DNA of 63,154 bases, counting the filler, from Rhabdomonas costata (Eukaryota): assembly GCA_019059605.1 (NCBI GenBank). It is 56 parts of 56 records of this genome, joined end to end, with 100 filler letters (N's around TTAATTAATTAA, not from the genome) between each part and the next. Parts side by side here need not be neighbours in the genome. Positions count along the whole stretch, not along the records: positions 46,317 to 47,345 come from JAHMHO010032563.1; positions 47,446 to 48,474 come from JAHMHO010032564.1; positions 48,575 to 49,603 come from JAHMHO010032565.1; positions 49,704 to 50,732 come from JAHMHO010032566.1; positions 50,833 to 51,864 come from JAHMHO010032567.1; positions 51,965 to 52,993 come from JAHMHO010032568.1; positions 53,094 to 54,122 come from JAHMHO010032569.1; positions 54,223 to 55,251 come from JAHMHO010032570.1; 48 more parts are not named here. The stretch is one strand, 5' to 3'. The notes under the pieces were generated by a model. That model saw only the letters and a list, made by a program, of their open reading frames with translations, was not told the origin of the DNA and ran no database searches. A program made the translations under genes and the position numbers. The stretch's first letter is position 1. Every line of letters begins with the position of its first letter. Positions 47,214 to 60,302 of this stretch are shown here, in pieces.

Positions 47214-49934
47214 CTGGAGACCCCCCCTTGCCAGCTTGAGGCCACGTCCCTTTTGGTCCGGAAGAAACATTCTATTGCTGACGCCCTCGTCATACACTGA
47301 ACCATTGTCACGAGTGTCAGACAGGTGAAAAAGAAACGGGTAACANNNNNNNNNNNNNNNNNNNNNNNNNNNNNNNNNNNNNNNNNNNNTTAATTAATTA
47401 ANNNNNNNNNNNNNNNNNNNNNNNNNNNNNNNNNNNNNNNNNNNNGGTGGTGGGTGTGTTTGGGGGGGTTGGTTAATGCTGGGTCATCATCAGTTCGGTC
47501 GGGTTGCCCGGAGGGACATGGGCACAATTAGAGAACAACAGGAAGGCTCTCTGCAGCTCCTAACATGCGAAAAGTCAAAAAGGTTTTTTCCGCTCAGGAC
47601 ACCTATGGTCTGCAAGAGGTGACCCCGAAAGACGTAGCGGATCGGCGCCGTGGGCACGGGCAGGCGCATGAAGGCCAGGGGAAGCAGGGGTGCCTCGGGG
47701 GGCCAGCCCTCCACCCGGGCCTCGCGGAATGCCCCTCCGCAGCTTGGGAAGAGCTCTGACACCGCCTGGCACCACTCCGACCTCACGGGGGTGAGCATCG
47801 CAGTGAAGAAAATAGGTTGGCCCAATAGCTGAGGCAGCTCCTGCGTAAGAGCATATGCACTCCAATTAATCGGACTGGAAAACATACACTTGCACTCACG
47901 TTGGAGCGGGTTCCACACTTTCATGGCGGGCTTCACGGTGATACAATTGCGGTCTTGTAAATCTTAGCTTTTGGAAATCCAAAGTCCCGGCGACATTCTT
48001 TCTCTCTTTCGCTATTTTCGGTCCTTACGCGAACCCTCTTTAGAAGGCCACCGAGCCCTCATCAATCGTCGGGAGCCTCACCTGGGGGAGGGGACACTCA
48101 CTTCGGCTTCAAACCACCTTGTTTGTTGGGTGACATACCCCGTGATCACTCCCGGACCGGATCAGACTGGGACAGACCCCGGACCCGGCCGAAGACCTCA
48201 GAATTGACTTTCGGTAGCTTTTTACCTACTCAAAACCTGAAAGGGATGTGTGTGTAAGCGCATGTGTGCTCAGTGCGTGGATGCTGGGAAATGCGGAAAC
48301 CTCCGCACTCTCGGGAGACTGCTCCTCAAACGCGGGCCGCTGGAGGGCTTTCGTAGGGCTCCGAGAGGTGATGGGGCTGCCACCGCCCGAGGTCAGCCCG
48401 GAAAGCGACGGCGAGACGGCCACAGAGACGCCACCCTCCCCCACTCCCCCTTGGCGCAGCAGGGACCACACAAANNNNNNNNNNNNNNNNNNNNNNNNNN
48501 NNNNNNNNNNNNNNNNNNTTAATTAATTAANNNNNNNNNNNNNNNNNNNNNNNNNNNNNNNNNNNNNNNNNNNNAGTGCAATTAATACTTTTTTCAGTGG
48601 TGGTGGCGGCGGCAGGGTCGGTATGCCCGGGGTCTTCTGGTAATGGATAGGGGCGTGATCTGTGGCGCCTATTGGTCGTGTGACCCATCGAAATTGTGCA
48701 CTGCAGCAACCGTGGCAGCTCAGCAAAGAACGGTAAGTGTGGACAGCTCCGTTCCCGTTCAACTCTCCTCCAGAACATGAAACATAAGGTAAGAGCCAAA
48801 GAGCGTAAAGAGTAGAAACGCATACGCATTTTTCTTTCGACCGTCTTTCATGATGAGCTCATCTGCGTGCCCCGGCTTCTAGGTCAACACCGCGGCTACC
48901 CTGTACGCCTGCGACACTGGGGTGACCCAGACCCTTGCCGTGGACATGGTCAGTGCTGCGGGGACGGCTGTGGATTTCAAAGGTACTCCACTGCACCCCA
49001 AACCGCCCCAGGGTCCCGTGGGTGAGGGCACTCTCGGTTGATTCATCGGGTTGCGGTTGTGTATGTGAGGGGATGCTTGTCGCCGGTTCGCGGCATCGCC
49101 GGCTGTGGTGTTCTTGAATCTGATTTGAATGGAGACGAGCGAAAAGCATAACCGCCGTCGCATATTTGATGCTTTCCCACGCATCTTCTGCTTTTTTGCA
49201 ATGTTTTTGGAAGGCTATTTCCCAGCTTGGTTTTGATTTGAGCGATAATCCCTCTCCATTGACTCAAGTTTGTGCTCTTTTACCTCGCTCCTGGAATATT
49301 AGAACGTTGGGCCCAGAAGCACAAAGCAGCATTGGAGCGAATGTGTGGCTCTGCCCATGTGACTTTTGTAGTGGTGGGTGGATCCGTGAGCCAATGCACG
49401 AGCTGTGTCTTCCCCACGGTGGCCTGCGCGCGATGGTTCACTGTACAAATCCCGGCCTGCCTTGCTGGGGCCGTCGCCTCCGCCTCCGCCTCCGGATCCC
49501 CCTCCTCCTCCCGCCCCCATCCTCACTCCATGGACAGTGCGGTCTCAGGGGGTCTCGTGGGCAGCGATGTACCCAACCAGTGCCAGCTCCCGTCCAAACC
49601 CCCNNNNNNNNNNNNNNNNNNNNNNNNNNNNNNNNNNNNNNNNNNNNTTAATTAATTAANNNNNNNNNNNNNNNNNNNNNNNNNNNNNNNNNNNNNNNNN
49701 NNNTGTGGGGTGGGCACCAAGAGTTGAATCAAAAATGAGCGACATCCAAAAGAGCTTGAATTTTTTAGACCCAGCTTTCTTCCCACTTTCGCCTCATCCA
49801 TTTTTCTGGTTTTCCGTTCTTCACATTTTTTGCTCGTTCGTTTGGAGCGCAGCGATGTGCGTGTAAAGCTGTTTCAATTATTGCTTCTCCATCATTTCAG
49901 TCCTCTGCCTGCCGGGGACGTGGAGACAACGCAC

Positions 49935-50691
49935 CGGTGTAATAGTTCCAGATCGCATCCTCGTCCTTTTCCGTGCGGTACTTGGCGCCCTCGTACACCG
50001 CGAACTTCGCGGCGTAGGGGTAGTACTGCAGCTCCTCCGCCTTGTTTGCCAGCAGCGCGGCGGCCTTCAATCGGTTCGTAATCAGCGCAAACAGGAAGGG
50101 GGTGGTCCCGCAGCAGTCCCTCTGCGTGAGGTCGTCCTGGCCCTTGAATTCCGTAGACTCCAGGTACTCCTCGATCCGATTCTCCGTTAGGGCAGCCCTT
50201 TTTTCGGACCGCGGATTCCCACCACCACCAACACCAACCAAGCAGCAAGAAGTGCAAGTGAAAGGACAACATCAAAATCATCACATAAAACGGATTTCAT
50301 TGCCGTAGCGTATCACGGGCAATCAACTCACCACCACCACCAACAGCACATTTCCGTTTGCGCGAGTGCAAGTACTACTAAGTCGAAGATCTAGGTGTAT
50401 AGAACGAGTCCAGAAGGCAGCCAATCAACTTCAGGAATTGTATCATCCCGCCAAATATGAGCTCCAACCCGCCACTCTGTCTCAAGTTATGAGGTCCACG
50501 TTAGGTCTCCGGCTCCAGCTCCGGTCCTGTCTAGAAGGTCACCTGGAAGAGGTCACCCTGAAAGGCAAGGCAAGGCAAGGCAAGGGGAGCACACCAGATC
50601 CCCTTCGAGTGCTGCTGCTCCCGCTGCTTCAGCAAAAAGCGCTCCCTGTGCTCGTCTGGGCTCTTGTACTTCCACGGCTCGTCCTCCTTCT
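49935..50691 (-). CDS. Ankyrin-containing protein, two exons (50691-50595, 50197-49935)
   Basis: A phase-2 junction TG|G gives SKGIWAALTENRIEEYLE...QRDCCGTTPFLFALITNRLKAAALL; GC3-rich codons. Confidence 0.65.
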
Positions 50692-51044
50692 CTGTGCAGA
50701 CCCATCAGCAGAAGAACCCTTACCCCCCACACNNNNNNNNNNNNNNNNNNNNNNNNNNNNNNNNNNNNNNNNNNNNTTAATTAATTAANNNNNNNNNNNN
50801 NNNNNNNNNNNNNNNNNNNNNNNNNNNNNNNNGGGGTGGGTGGGGTTCGACGATGAACTCGTGTGGAACGAGAAAGGCGAAGAAAAAGAACAGGGGAGCT
50901 GTCAACTGAGTGCACAACAAAACCGCCAGCCCTTCTTTCGGTCAATTCTCCACTGCTCGGGAGTGAGGCCTTGGTATCTGTTGTGGAGTCCTGCTGTTTC
51001 TGTTTCTGTTTCTGTTGCTGTGCCTGCGGGGTTCTCATTTTCAG

Positions 51045-51755
51045 CCCGGATCTGTCGCAACTGGGAGATGAACGGCTTCTGCCCATATGAGCATACCTGG
51101 TTTGCCCCCCTCCCTCCCTCCTTTTCACTCACTCCTGGCTCCCCCGCCCACAGCAATTGTATTGGAAACGCTAGCCATTGGTGATTAGAAAAGACCAGAT
51201 TTCACCAAAGAAGACAGAGAGACTTTTCTCGATTGGTTCGGCGAACGAGCCATGGAATAGAGCTGAAATCAGTACCAGAAAATAGGTGTAAAGTGAGACA
51301 AAGCATACCCAAGCACAAGAACCCTTTCTCTAATCAGTAGCATACAGCACGCAGCACGGCTTTACCTTGCTGCCTCTTGCGGTGGTCTTTCGAAGTTCAG
51401 CGGAAGGGCCGCAGAAGCAGCAGGCCGCACTCTGTCTTCGGATTTTTTCATGGCGCTTGCTTGTAAGGCAAAAGAATCAATATCCGTCAGACAATGATTT
51501 GGAAAACAGGGATTGATAACTTTTTCGGGGTGCTGCCGAATGAGGTGTAAATGGGGTGCTGCCGTGAACTGAGGGGCCGCCACAAAGAAGTCTTCTTTTA
51601 CAAGAATGTCTCAAAATGAAAACGTAAGCACAACGCGGAGCTGCACTGAGTCAACAGCTCGTGTTTATGAGCATGAAAACGCTTTCCCTGTGCCCTTCCG
51701 CAGCATCTTCGCCCATGGGGCGGAGGAGCTGAGAGACCTTTACGCCAACCACCAG
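51045..51755 (+). CDS. CCCH zinc-finger protein (TIS11/TTP-type), exons 51045-51099 and 51704-51755
   Basis: Splicing TG|C restores RICRNWEMNGFCPYEHTCIFAHGAEELR (C-x8-C-x5-C-x3-H). Confidence 0.88.
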
Positions 51756-53224
51756 GTGCGCGCGTGGCCCTTCTTAACAGTATTATGTGTCCTCTGGCTT
51801 CCTGAGCAAGGGGGAGCCCCCCGCCCGTCGGCTACCATGCCTTGTGTTACGTACGAAGTTTGTGNNNNNNNNNNNNNNNNNNNNNNNNNNNNNNNNNNNN
51901 NNNNNNNNTTAATTAATTAANNNNNNNNNNNNNNNNNNNNNNNNNNNNNNNNNNNNNNNNNNNNGGGTTTGTTTAAGTGCGTCTCCTGCACTCGCCCAGG
52001 GAATGCACACGGTTTGTTGTATCCATTTAATTTCGGGCCGTTTTTGGTGTGGTGGTGTAATGACCGGTGATCTCTCGAACGACCACCTCTGACGGGCCGA
52101 ATCTCAATGTAGCTCCTTCCCGCGGAGATGGCGTGGGTGCACTCATTGTTCATCAGTTGTTGTTTTGGGCAGGCGTGGGCAGGCTGCACCGAGAGCTCTT
52201 CGCGGTGGCCAAGGAAGATGTTCTGGACGCGCTTTGGGCCGCGCGGCCCCAACTCCTGAACTCGACCCAGATTGCGGAACACACCCGTGGGCGTCGAGGT
52301 TACCTCTGCTTTTTCGACCCTCCCCCCCTTCTCTGTGCTAACTTCGGAGGTGCTTGCTGACATCGGTTTCCTTTAGTAAATCAGGTGAGCTTGTGAAAGT
52401 AATATGGCTGTGCAACGATCCGATCCATCAACCCAGTTGGTGCCAACACCCCCTAACCTCTTTTTTTTTCTCTTCGACGAGGGAAATCGGTTTACCAGAA
52501 ATCTGTTTGCCTCCTTTTAAGCCTTGCAGCCGTGCAGTGGCGGCACCTGGGCCCAAGCACCTAAGAAGGGTGTCTTAGGTGCTAAGTAGCGCACCTGCTT
52601 GCAAATATGGTTTTGATTTAAAAGCGCAACACTCAGGAACCCATGACGCAGATCGTGTTCCAGCTGCCATATCCGCAATTGGCTTTTTTTCTGTCGTGCC
52701 GTCTTGCGTGTATGTGGCTCCACTTGGGTATCGTTGGGGTGGAACGGCGCACGTAGGACGGGAGCAGGGGGTTGACATTGATGCCACCATCAACGAGAAC
52801 GGACAGAGCCTGCGCACCGTGCTGATGGCTCTGAGCGAGACCTCACGGTTGGAGACCTCTCCGCCGGATGCCCCAGACGCGGTGGTTGTTGGGGATGCCG
52901 GCCCTTGCCCAGGGGAGGTGCAGACCTTCCGCTGGGTCAACCTCCGGGAGCTGAGGCTTGGAGTGGACTACGGGCCGTACCGCACCCCCAACANNNNNNN
53001 NNNNNNNNNNNNNNNNNNNNNNNNNNNNNNNNNNNNNTTAATTAATTAANNNNNNNNNNNNNNNNNNNNNNNNNNNNNNNNNNNNNNNNNNNNGTTGTTT
53101 GTGCATGTGGGACACAGACCTTGCAGGACATTTTAGGAACCCATAAAGATCATTGCACAAATGTGAAAACGAATCTCGCACAATCATTACGAAGTGAAGG
53201 TTGCCGGAAAGGGGGCGGGCCAAC

Positions 53225-53893
53225 CTTAGAGCCCAGCTTGGCCAGCGCGAGCCCCACAACACCAGTACCACAGCCAAGCTCCAGAACACGCTTTCCCCTC
53301 CAGTAATCCGCAGGAAGCAGCTTCTCAAAGCTCTGTGCACAGGATAATAAGAGCAAAATCCCATTTCCCAATTCTCCCATTCTCTCTCCTTTCACACCTT
53401 GACACCCAACGTTACGGACCTGAAAACTATCGAAACGAATTTCCAAGAAGCTTGACAAAGCCGTGGGTCACTGTCATCAATACCACCAGGGTTGAGCTAA
53501 ATATACAGAGGTGCGCGGAGCCCCTGCCTAAAATTGTGGATCAACCACCAGGCCTTTGTACAACAAGTATCGGGATAATTGCTGTTTTTGCAGTAGGGTA
53601 AGCGAGCATGCTGAGCTTTCCTTTAAGCGATCTCGACAGGATGCTTTTCTTTGCAAACTCTTATCGCTCAGCAAAACCGGCTCCCACCTACGCAAATTGC
53701 ACAGAGATACGGCCACCGGAAAATGAAGAAGAGCGTAATGGCCGCCGACTCATCACAAACTGATGCAAACCTTGAGAATGAAGGGGGCAATGGGCCACAC
53801 TCGCGTGCCGATCTCATCAGCTTTCTTTTCCAGTATTTGCAGCGAATGCCCGTGAAAGTTCACTTCCCTTTGAAGAGAGCTTTCACATCCCAT
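53225..53893 (-). CDS. Family-16 (METTL21-like) protein methyltransferase, exons 53893-53771 and 53332-53225
   Basis: EIGTRVWPIAPFILK/SFEK...WRGKRVLELGCGTGVVGLALAKLG (GxxVW plus SAM motif I). Confidence 0.88.
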
Positions 53894-55351
53894 GCACTGC
53901 TCTGAGGAGTACCACCTGAAAACTCGGCCGTGGGCCCGAATCCAACGCCTGGCATTGGCCAAACGAAGCTGCCGAAAGTAATGCATAGCGAAGTCGAGAA
54001 AGGCGGTGTTCACACATAAAGTACTTCCAAGAGGTAAACAAGGTACAATACCAAGTTGAGAAGATGAGCGCGAAAAACCCACAACAGCTCGATTTCCAGC
54101 GTCCAGCGTCAACCCCACAACANNNNNNNNNNNNNNNNNNNNNNNNNNNNNNNNNNNNNNNNNNNNTTAATTAATTAANNNNNNNNNNNNNNNNNNNNNN
54201 NNNNNNNNNNNNNNNNNNNNNNTGTTGTGGGGTTTATAATAGGAATGACGCCCCCAGGTATAGGTATAGGTATGCCATAGGCCACCATATCGTGGAGGAA
54301 AAGCTTTGCAACAGGTAATCAGGATTCTTTGATCCACTTTCCATGAATAAGTTTTTGAACGTCGAGCACTGTACCAAAAATCATTTCAATTCGTAAACAT
54401 AGATTGCCAATTCATCATGTGAATGTCCTGCTGCAAAATCTGGCCCCGTAGAATGTGATGCGGAATGTTTCCGGGCCGTCACGACGATCGTGTTTTACCA
54501 TCCGCATGTTACGCAGGCTATCTTCAATGCGATGACGTTTCCGAACGAGGCAAAAATTACGATTGATGACCCGATTGATATCCGGAGCTAGAGGTTTGGG
54601 AGAGTTGACGCGGTTGCGTTCGAAGGTTGTGTTTCCCGCAACCTTCAGGAGGACTTTTTTCACGGGAAAAACAAGCCGCAACAGGCGAATGGCACCGGAG
54701 TGTTACCAACCAAGAATGTAAGAGCGGTGTTCGGAACGATAACGGCGGCGGGGTAAAATGACCCGTGAACCACATTCAACGGCGGGCACCACCGTTAATC
54801 AACGGGGCTGCGGGGTCTGAGCAGGACCGCGTGAAATTTCCACAAGCGTAGGGTGAGGAAAGGTCGTAACAAAAGCCCGATCAACCAGATCCAGAGTGCA
54901 AAAATCGCAACAACGCGGGATATAAAACGGGCTTTGGGCTTAAAGCCAAAGAAAAAACAACCGAGGTCAGGACGAGAGAAATCTCAAACGTTATGTGACT
55001 TTTGGAAGAAGGGCAGATGGTCTTGCGAGTAAAAAAAGGGAAACGGCGGAGAGGCATTTTCCCATCAGCGCTTTTCCCTGGGCGGCAAGAAGCGCACCAT
55101 CGGGGACGTGGGCCCCTCTCAGGGTCTGCACCCCACCGCTCTCTCTCTCTCTCTCTCCCTCTCCCGTTGCCCGTCGGCGGGCACAGCTACAGTTGTTGAG
55201 GATCTCAAAGAGGCATACCTCAATCCTTGATATTTGGCAAAAAAAAAAAAANNNNNNNNNNNNNNNNNNNNNNNNNNNNNNNNNNNNNNNNNNNNTTAAT
55301 TAATTAANNNNNNNNNNNNNNNNNNNNNNNNNNNNNNNNNNNNNNNNNNNN

Positions 55352-55585
55352 CGTGAACCCGTCTTTGTTCGCCAGGTTGACGTCCACATTGTGGTGCAGC
55401 AGCGGCTCCACCGTCTCGCGGTGACCACGGGAGCAGGCAACCCAAAGGGGCGTGAACCCATTCTTATCCACCTGGTTGAGGTCAGCCTTGTGCCACAGCA
55501 ACGCCCCTGCCGCATCAAGGTCGCAGTTCTCGCAAGCCAGGTGACGTGCAGTATCCCCTCCTTTGCTCGTCATTTTGGTGTCCGC
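55352..55585 (-). CDS. Ankyrin-repeat exon
   Basis: GDTARHLAC...ADLNQVDKNGFTPLWVACSRGHRETVEPLL...DVNLANKDGFT; tttcag| acceptor. Confidence 0.9.
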
Positions 55586-58500
55586 CTGAAAAGACGCGCA
55601 AACGTGAGGAAAATCGATCGGGATGGTTGCCACGTATGTCAGGTTTTCATTTTTTGTACAAATCATCGGATTACCGGGGACCCTGATCCTTTTTCTACTC
55701 TTTGCAATCGGGAAATCGATTAAAAGCAGATAAAGGGTGGAGCGCAGTCATAAGTTCATTGCCCCCGCGGTGTTTCATACTTGGTTTAACTGCTCCTTTA
55801 CAAGGCGGGGGAGTTTTCCCGTTCACCCTTACAGCGGTCACACTGTTGCTGTTACTGGGCACCACTGTGGCTGCGCACTCAAGGAAATTTAGCTGGCTTC
55901 ACCAGGAGCTAAGAGTTTTCACCACCTGCACCTTGGAGCACCTTGGAAATAAAAACTAAATAAGATCTTGAGCTGTAAAAGTGTGTGGGGAAGAAAAAAA
56001 CGTGAAAAGAAAACTACCTGACCACTTCGCCCCATAACTACTGGAGGTCGATCTCCAATTTTTATGCCCGAAAAATTCCTGCAATTACTTTCGCATCTTC
56101 CGGGACCCTTGAATGTAACGTTTCTTTTTGCGCTCTTTCAGCGTTTACGATGGTTAAAAGCTGGCTTGCCCTGCTCCTCCTGTTGTCACGTAAAAACACT
56201 CTCTTTACTTCAGGACTGGTAATTTTCAAGCCCAAGCTTCCGACTCTTTGAAACTCCACGTCCTCCGTGTACTCCTGCCGCCGCCTTCCCTTTGGCTGGT
56301 CGTGGAGCCCAGTCCTCGCCCAGACTTTTATCGCGTACATTCTGACCCCACTTCGTGCCTTCGGTACACTTGAACACTGGNNNNNNNNNNNNNNNNNNNN
56401 NNNNNNNNNNNNNNNNNNNNNNNNTTAATTAATTAANNNNNNNNNNNNNNNNNNNNNNNNNNNNNNNNNNNNNNNNNNNNTGTGGTGGGGGGGGTCGCTA
56501 ACTGGTCGCTAACGTGGCGTTCCCACCACAACACAATGCTAAAAATTGATTGCAGCATCAGCAAAGACTGCCCAACAAACGTGTCAATCGGGAGGCCTCA
56601 TATCGTTTGCGCTTGTAATTTTCGTGCTTCGTAAATTTCCAAATTTTTCATAATTTTTTTGCGGTTTCCGTAACTACGAATTTTTCAATTTTTTTGTGTT
56701 TGCAGCATCCCCCGCGGGATTCTCGTTTTTCGCCGCCACTCCGTGCGCATTCAAGCACATGCACAGAGACATCAGAAGTGGTCAGGACATGCGCGTTTGT
56801 CAACCTGCGAAGTCTCCTGGAGGCAAGGGTGCAGGATTTTGCCGAAGCAAGCCTGGGTCTTTTTGTAAATACCAGCAGGCGTCCTGAAACGACTTCTTTT
56901 TTTCATCCTCCTATTCTTTTTCTTCATTTCCACAGCTGCAGGCGAAGCACAGCGAGATGACCCCGTTGAAAGGTAGCAGGGCTCTTGAAAACCAAAGCAG
57001 TTTCAAAGCGAATTCAGTTCTTGTTGTCCAGAAAAAAGTAAAAACTAAATAAATTTTCAAAGCAACAAGTGTGCAAAAATCAGAGTCCAGGTTCTCGGAA
57101 GGTCCAGTGGGAGGCACCGCCAAACAGAAGTATACAATCACATTTTCGGTATTCTTACCCCAAAACCCCAATCGAAGAAGACGACTCACTCACCTGGCTA
57201 AAATCACCAGCACACGCAGAAACCCCGCTAAGGTCGAAGCACGCCACCGTACCCACGGGCTGCACTGCTACTGGAAGACCCATCGAAGGGCAGCATAGAG
57301 GGCACTGCGCGTCCCAGTCCGGAAGCTCCGGCCCCTCCGTCCCCACCGGCTCAAGCCCCACGCTCTTGGTCAGGTGTCCTGTGCGAAGCCCAAAGGATCC
57401 CGCGGTGTTGAACGCCCCACCAGTGATGGCACCCCCAGACCGCGCCGCGAACGACGCGGGCTCCGGGCAGTCCTTGTCCGCGGCAAGCTGCAGAGCGCTC
57501 TGGTGGGCANNNNNNNNNNNNNNNNNNNNNNNNNNNNNNNNNNNNNNNNNNNNTTAATTAATTAANNNNNNNNNNNNNNNNNNNNNNNNNNNNNNNNNNN
57601 NNNNNNNNNGGTAGGGCGTGTTCACGTATGCCCATTCAGCCATCTGCGCAACAGTCTGAAGCAAAACGTGAACACGCCCTACCCCAAAGAGCAATGGATG
57701 GTGTTTTTTGTTCTGATTTTCTGATTTCCTTCTTCTTCTGTTCTGATTCTGATTTTGATGCCTCAGCGGTGGAACCACGAACAAGTCATTACGAGCAGGA
57801 CGAACGCAGTGAGGACGTAGCGAGCAGCATGCCGAATACGATCATAGTCACTCTCTTATCGGTCGGCCTCGGTCGGTCGGCGAAGCGAGAGGACGAATGT
57901 GACGATCAAGTGATGAAGAGAAGGAGCATAACCGTGATAGCGGTGGAGCCACGACGTTTGATGAGCCCTGAGAGTAGCGAAGGGATAATGCGACGTTAAA
58001 CTTCTATGTTTTTCACTTCGCTCCCTCCATCCCTCGCTCATTCCATTCGCTCAGTCGGTCACTCCGCCTGGCGTAGCCACAGTGGAAAATACCCGGTGGG
58101 TTTGGGCTTCATTGAGGGTTTGACTTTGGCCTCAGAAACGCATCAAGGCATCAGGAATACCATGCGCATCCCTTACACTCCTTCATGCCATCTCTTGCGC
58201 TATCTGCGTGGCTATCCTTGCTTCTCAAGGCCCACTCCACCGCTCCACTCTCACCCTCAGCAGCAGCAACCACAGCACCACTCAGTCCACCACTACGTCC
58301 ACTCCCCACGCTACGGCATTACGAGATTGATACACCTCCCCCTTGACGTGGTGGGTCGGACTATACTATAACATGACATCGCCTCAACCAGTGCGTGGGA
58401 TTACAGGACCATACAATCACCCTACGTGGGATGAGTTGGGCTCAGTTCGGCTTCTACCTGACCACCCGCTACCATGGTGGGTGAGGAACCATTACTTAAG

Positions 58501-59029
58501 CAAAGGCTACACGTGGGATGCGGGATGGCGGTACTTGGCCTCACGACAGATTACCCGTTCTGTTCTTATCCCCCACGCTTAATGCTGTAGATGAGATCAT
58601 ACTGGGGTACGCCACTATGACTCGCCTCACCTTACCCTNNNNNNNNNNNNNNNNNNNNNNNNNNNNNNNNNNNNNNNNNNNNTTAATTAATTAANNNNNN
58701 NNNNNNNNNNNNNNNNNNNNNNNNNNNNNNNNNNNNNNTTGTGGTGTTTTCTTGTGCTTGCTGGGAGAAAGCAAAAGATTCCGAAGGAAAGGATGCTTTG
58801 CGTGATGTGACTCGTTCCATAAGGCAAAACGTGTGTTTATGCACCCTTAACGAGCCAAAAGGTGATCATAGTGAGCATAGATTTCACGCAGTCTGTACCT
58901 TTTGGTTCGAATCAAGACGGTATGTCAAACGGGATAAAGGAAGGTTCACAGCGAGATTCAAAGGACTGAAAGCAAAAAAAAGACAACTGAAACAGCGGGG
59001 CTCAGTGCAGTGAGCCCATAAAGAGAAAA

Positions 59030-59193
59030 TCAGATCAGCACGGCGGCGCGGCAAGCGTCGCGCCGCTCAGGCAACTCCACCCCCCAAGCCCACTGGGGGG
59101 ACTCGGACCCTCCTTGCTCCAAGCTGTCCAGCCGCAAAGTCTCCACAGAGCACAGCGGAACCTCACAGTACCCGCCAATCACGTGCACCTTCC
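59030..59193 (-). CDS. Terminal exon with a Kelch repeat
   Basis: GKVHVIGGYCEVPLCSVETL...QWAWGVELPERR-...-TGA (GG...VE...W...LP..R). Confidence 0.75.
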
Positions 59194-60012
59194 CTGAGTT
59201 GGGCAAGGGTGGGGTTCGCAAGTCCAACAACAACAAACGCACGCGAAAGGCAAACCAAAACCTAAACACCTGGCTTAAAACCATTTCACGCCAACCAAAT
59301 TCCAGACTCTTATGGGTGTATGTGTGTTATTTTCCGTCTTTTCATCGCACAAAACTTATGCAAGCGCAAAAACAAACAGACACAAATGTCCCTAAGTCAA
59401 CTGCACACCGAGACCATGCGCACACACGCTGGGCCAACGCCCTGTTTTAGGTGCTGTGCTCGGAGGGCCCTGCTCAACAGTGAGATCCCATCCAGCTGTC
59501 ACATGTAACTTTTGGATTCCTCCCGCGGTCGTACTCGCTGCAAAAATTCACTTTTCCCCATATGACCAGAAAAAGTAGGATACGAAAACTTTTTCTGCGG
59601 GTGCTCTGGATACAATTTAGACTCCTGAGGGGGGGGGCAACCACCTGACAGGAAGGAAGGGGCTGTACCATCCTGTCTCATTTAGAAACCCATACACACA
59701 CAAAAAAAGACGGCCTTACAATCACACCACCAGAATTGCATCAATAAATGCAGTATAAAAAACAAAANNNNNNNNNNNNNNNNNNNNNNNNNNNNNNNNN
59801 NNNNNNNNNNNTTAATTAATTAANNNNNNNNNNNNNNNNNNNNNNNNNNNNNNNNNNNNNNNNNNNNTGTGGTTTTTATTCGGGCTCAGCTTCTTTTTGC
59901 AATATGAGGACTGTGCGATAAGGGGATTTGTTCTGTTCCTGTGTGTGCTTGTAGGGAAGGAGCCACCCAACCGTGTTGCTCCTATATCATAACCACGGCC
60001 CCTGCCTTCCAG

Positions 60013-60302
60013 CGCCTGGCGAAGTACCACGTGCTGCTTCTCGTGTACATGATGACCCAACGTAGCTTTGAGTTTGCCCGGGAACGGGACCTGAGCTACG
60101 AAGGGGAGGCTCAGACCATCTACTTCTCCTATGCCACGCTTGAGCTGATGTATCTGTGGGCCTACAAGGAGAAGAGCTGTGAGGGCGTGCTTCCGGGGCT
60201 CTCGCGGCATCGCCGCCTGTTTGGGTGCTTCACCTGGGAGGCCATTGACGAGACCTACGACCGGTTCTTGAGGGTATATGCCCCGGACATTGGCGGGGGA
60301 AG
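60013..60302 (+). CDS. Internal exon, unknown protein
   Basis: ttccag| ... |gtaaat; open, GC3-rich frame RLAKYHVLLLVYMMTQRSFEFARE... Confidence 0.65.

Noticed and set aside
50572-50585. Short simple repeats (AAGGC)n; also GAAAAGT at ~38754 and CATGAAA at ~19783
   Set aside because: Ordinary micro- or minisatellites
54400-54760. Protein-like plus-strand frame interrupted by one TAG (possible readthrough)
   Set aside because: No recognisable homology to anchor it
58904-58915. GGTTCGAATC tRNA box B-like word
   Set aside because: No cloverleaf or box A around it
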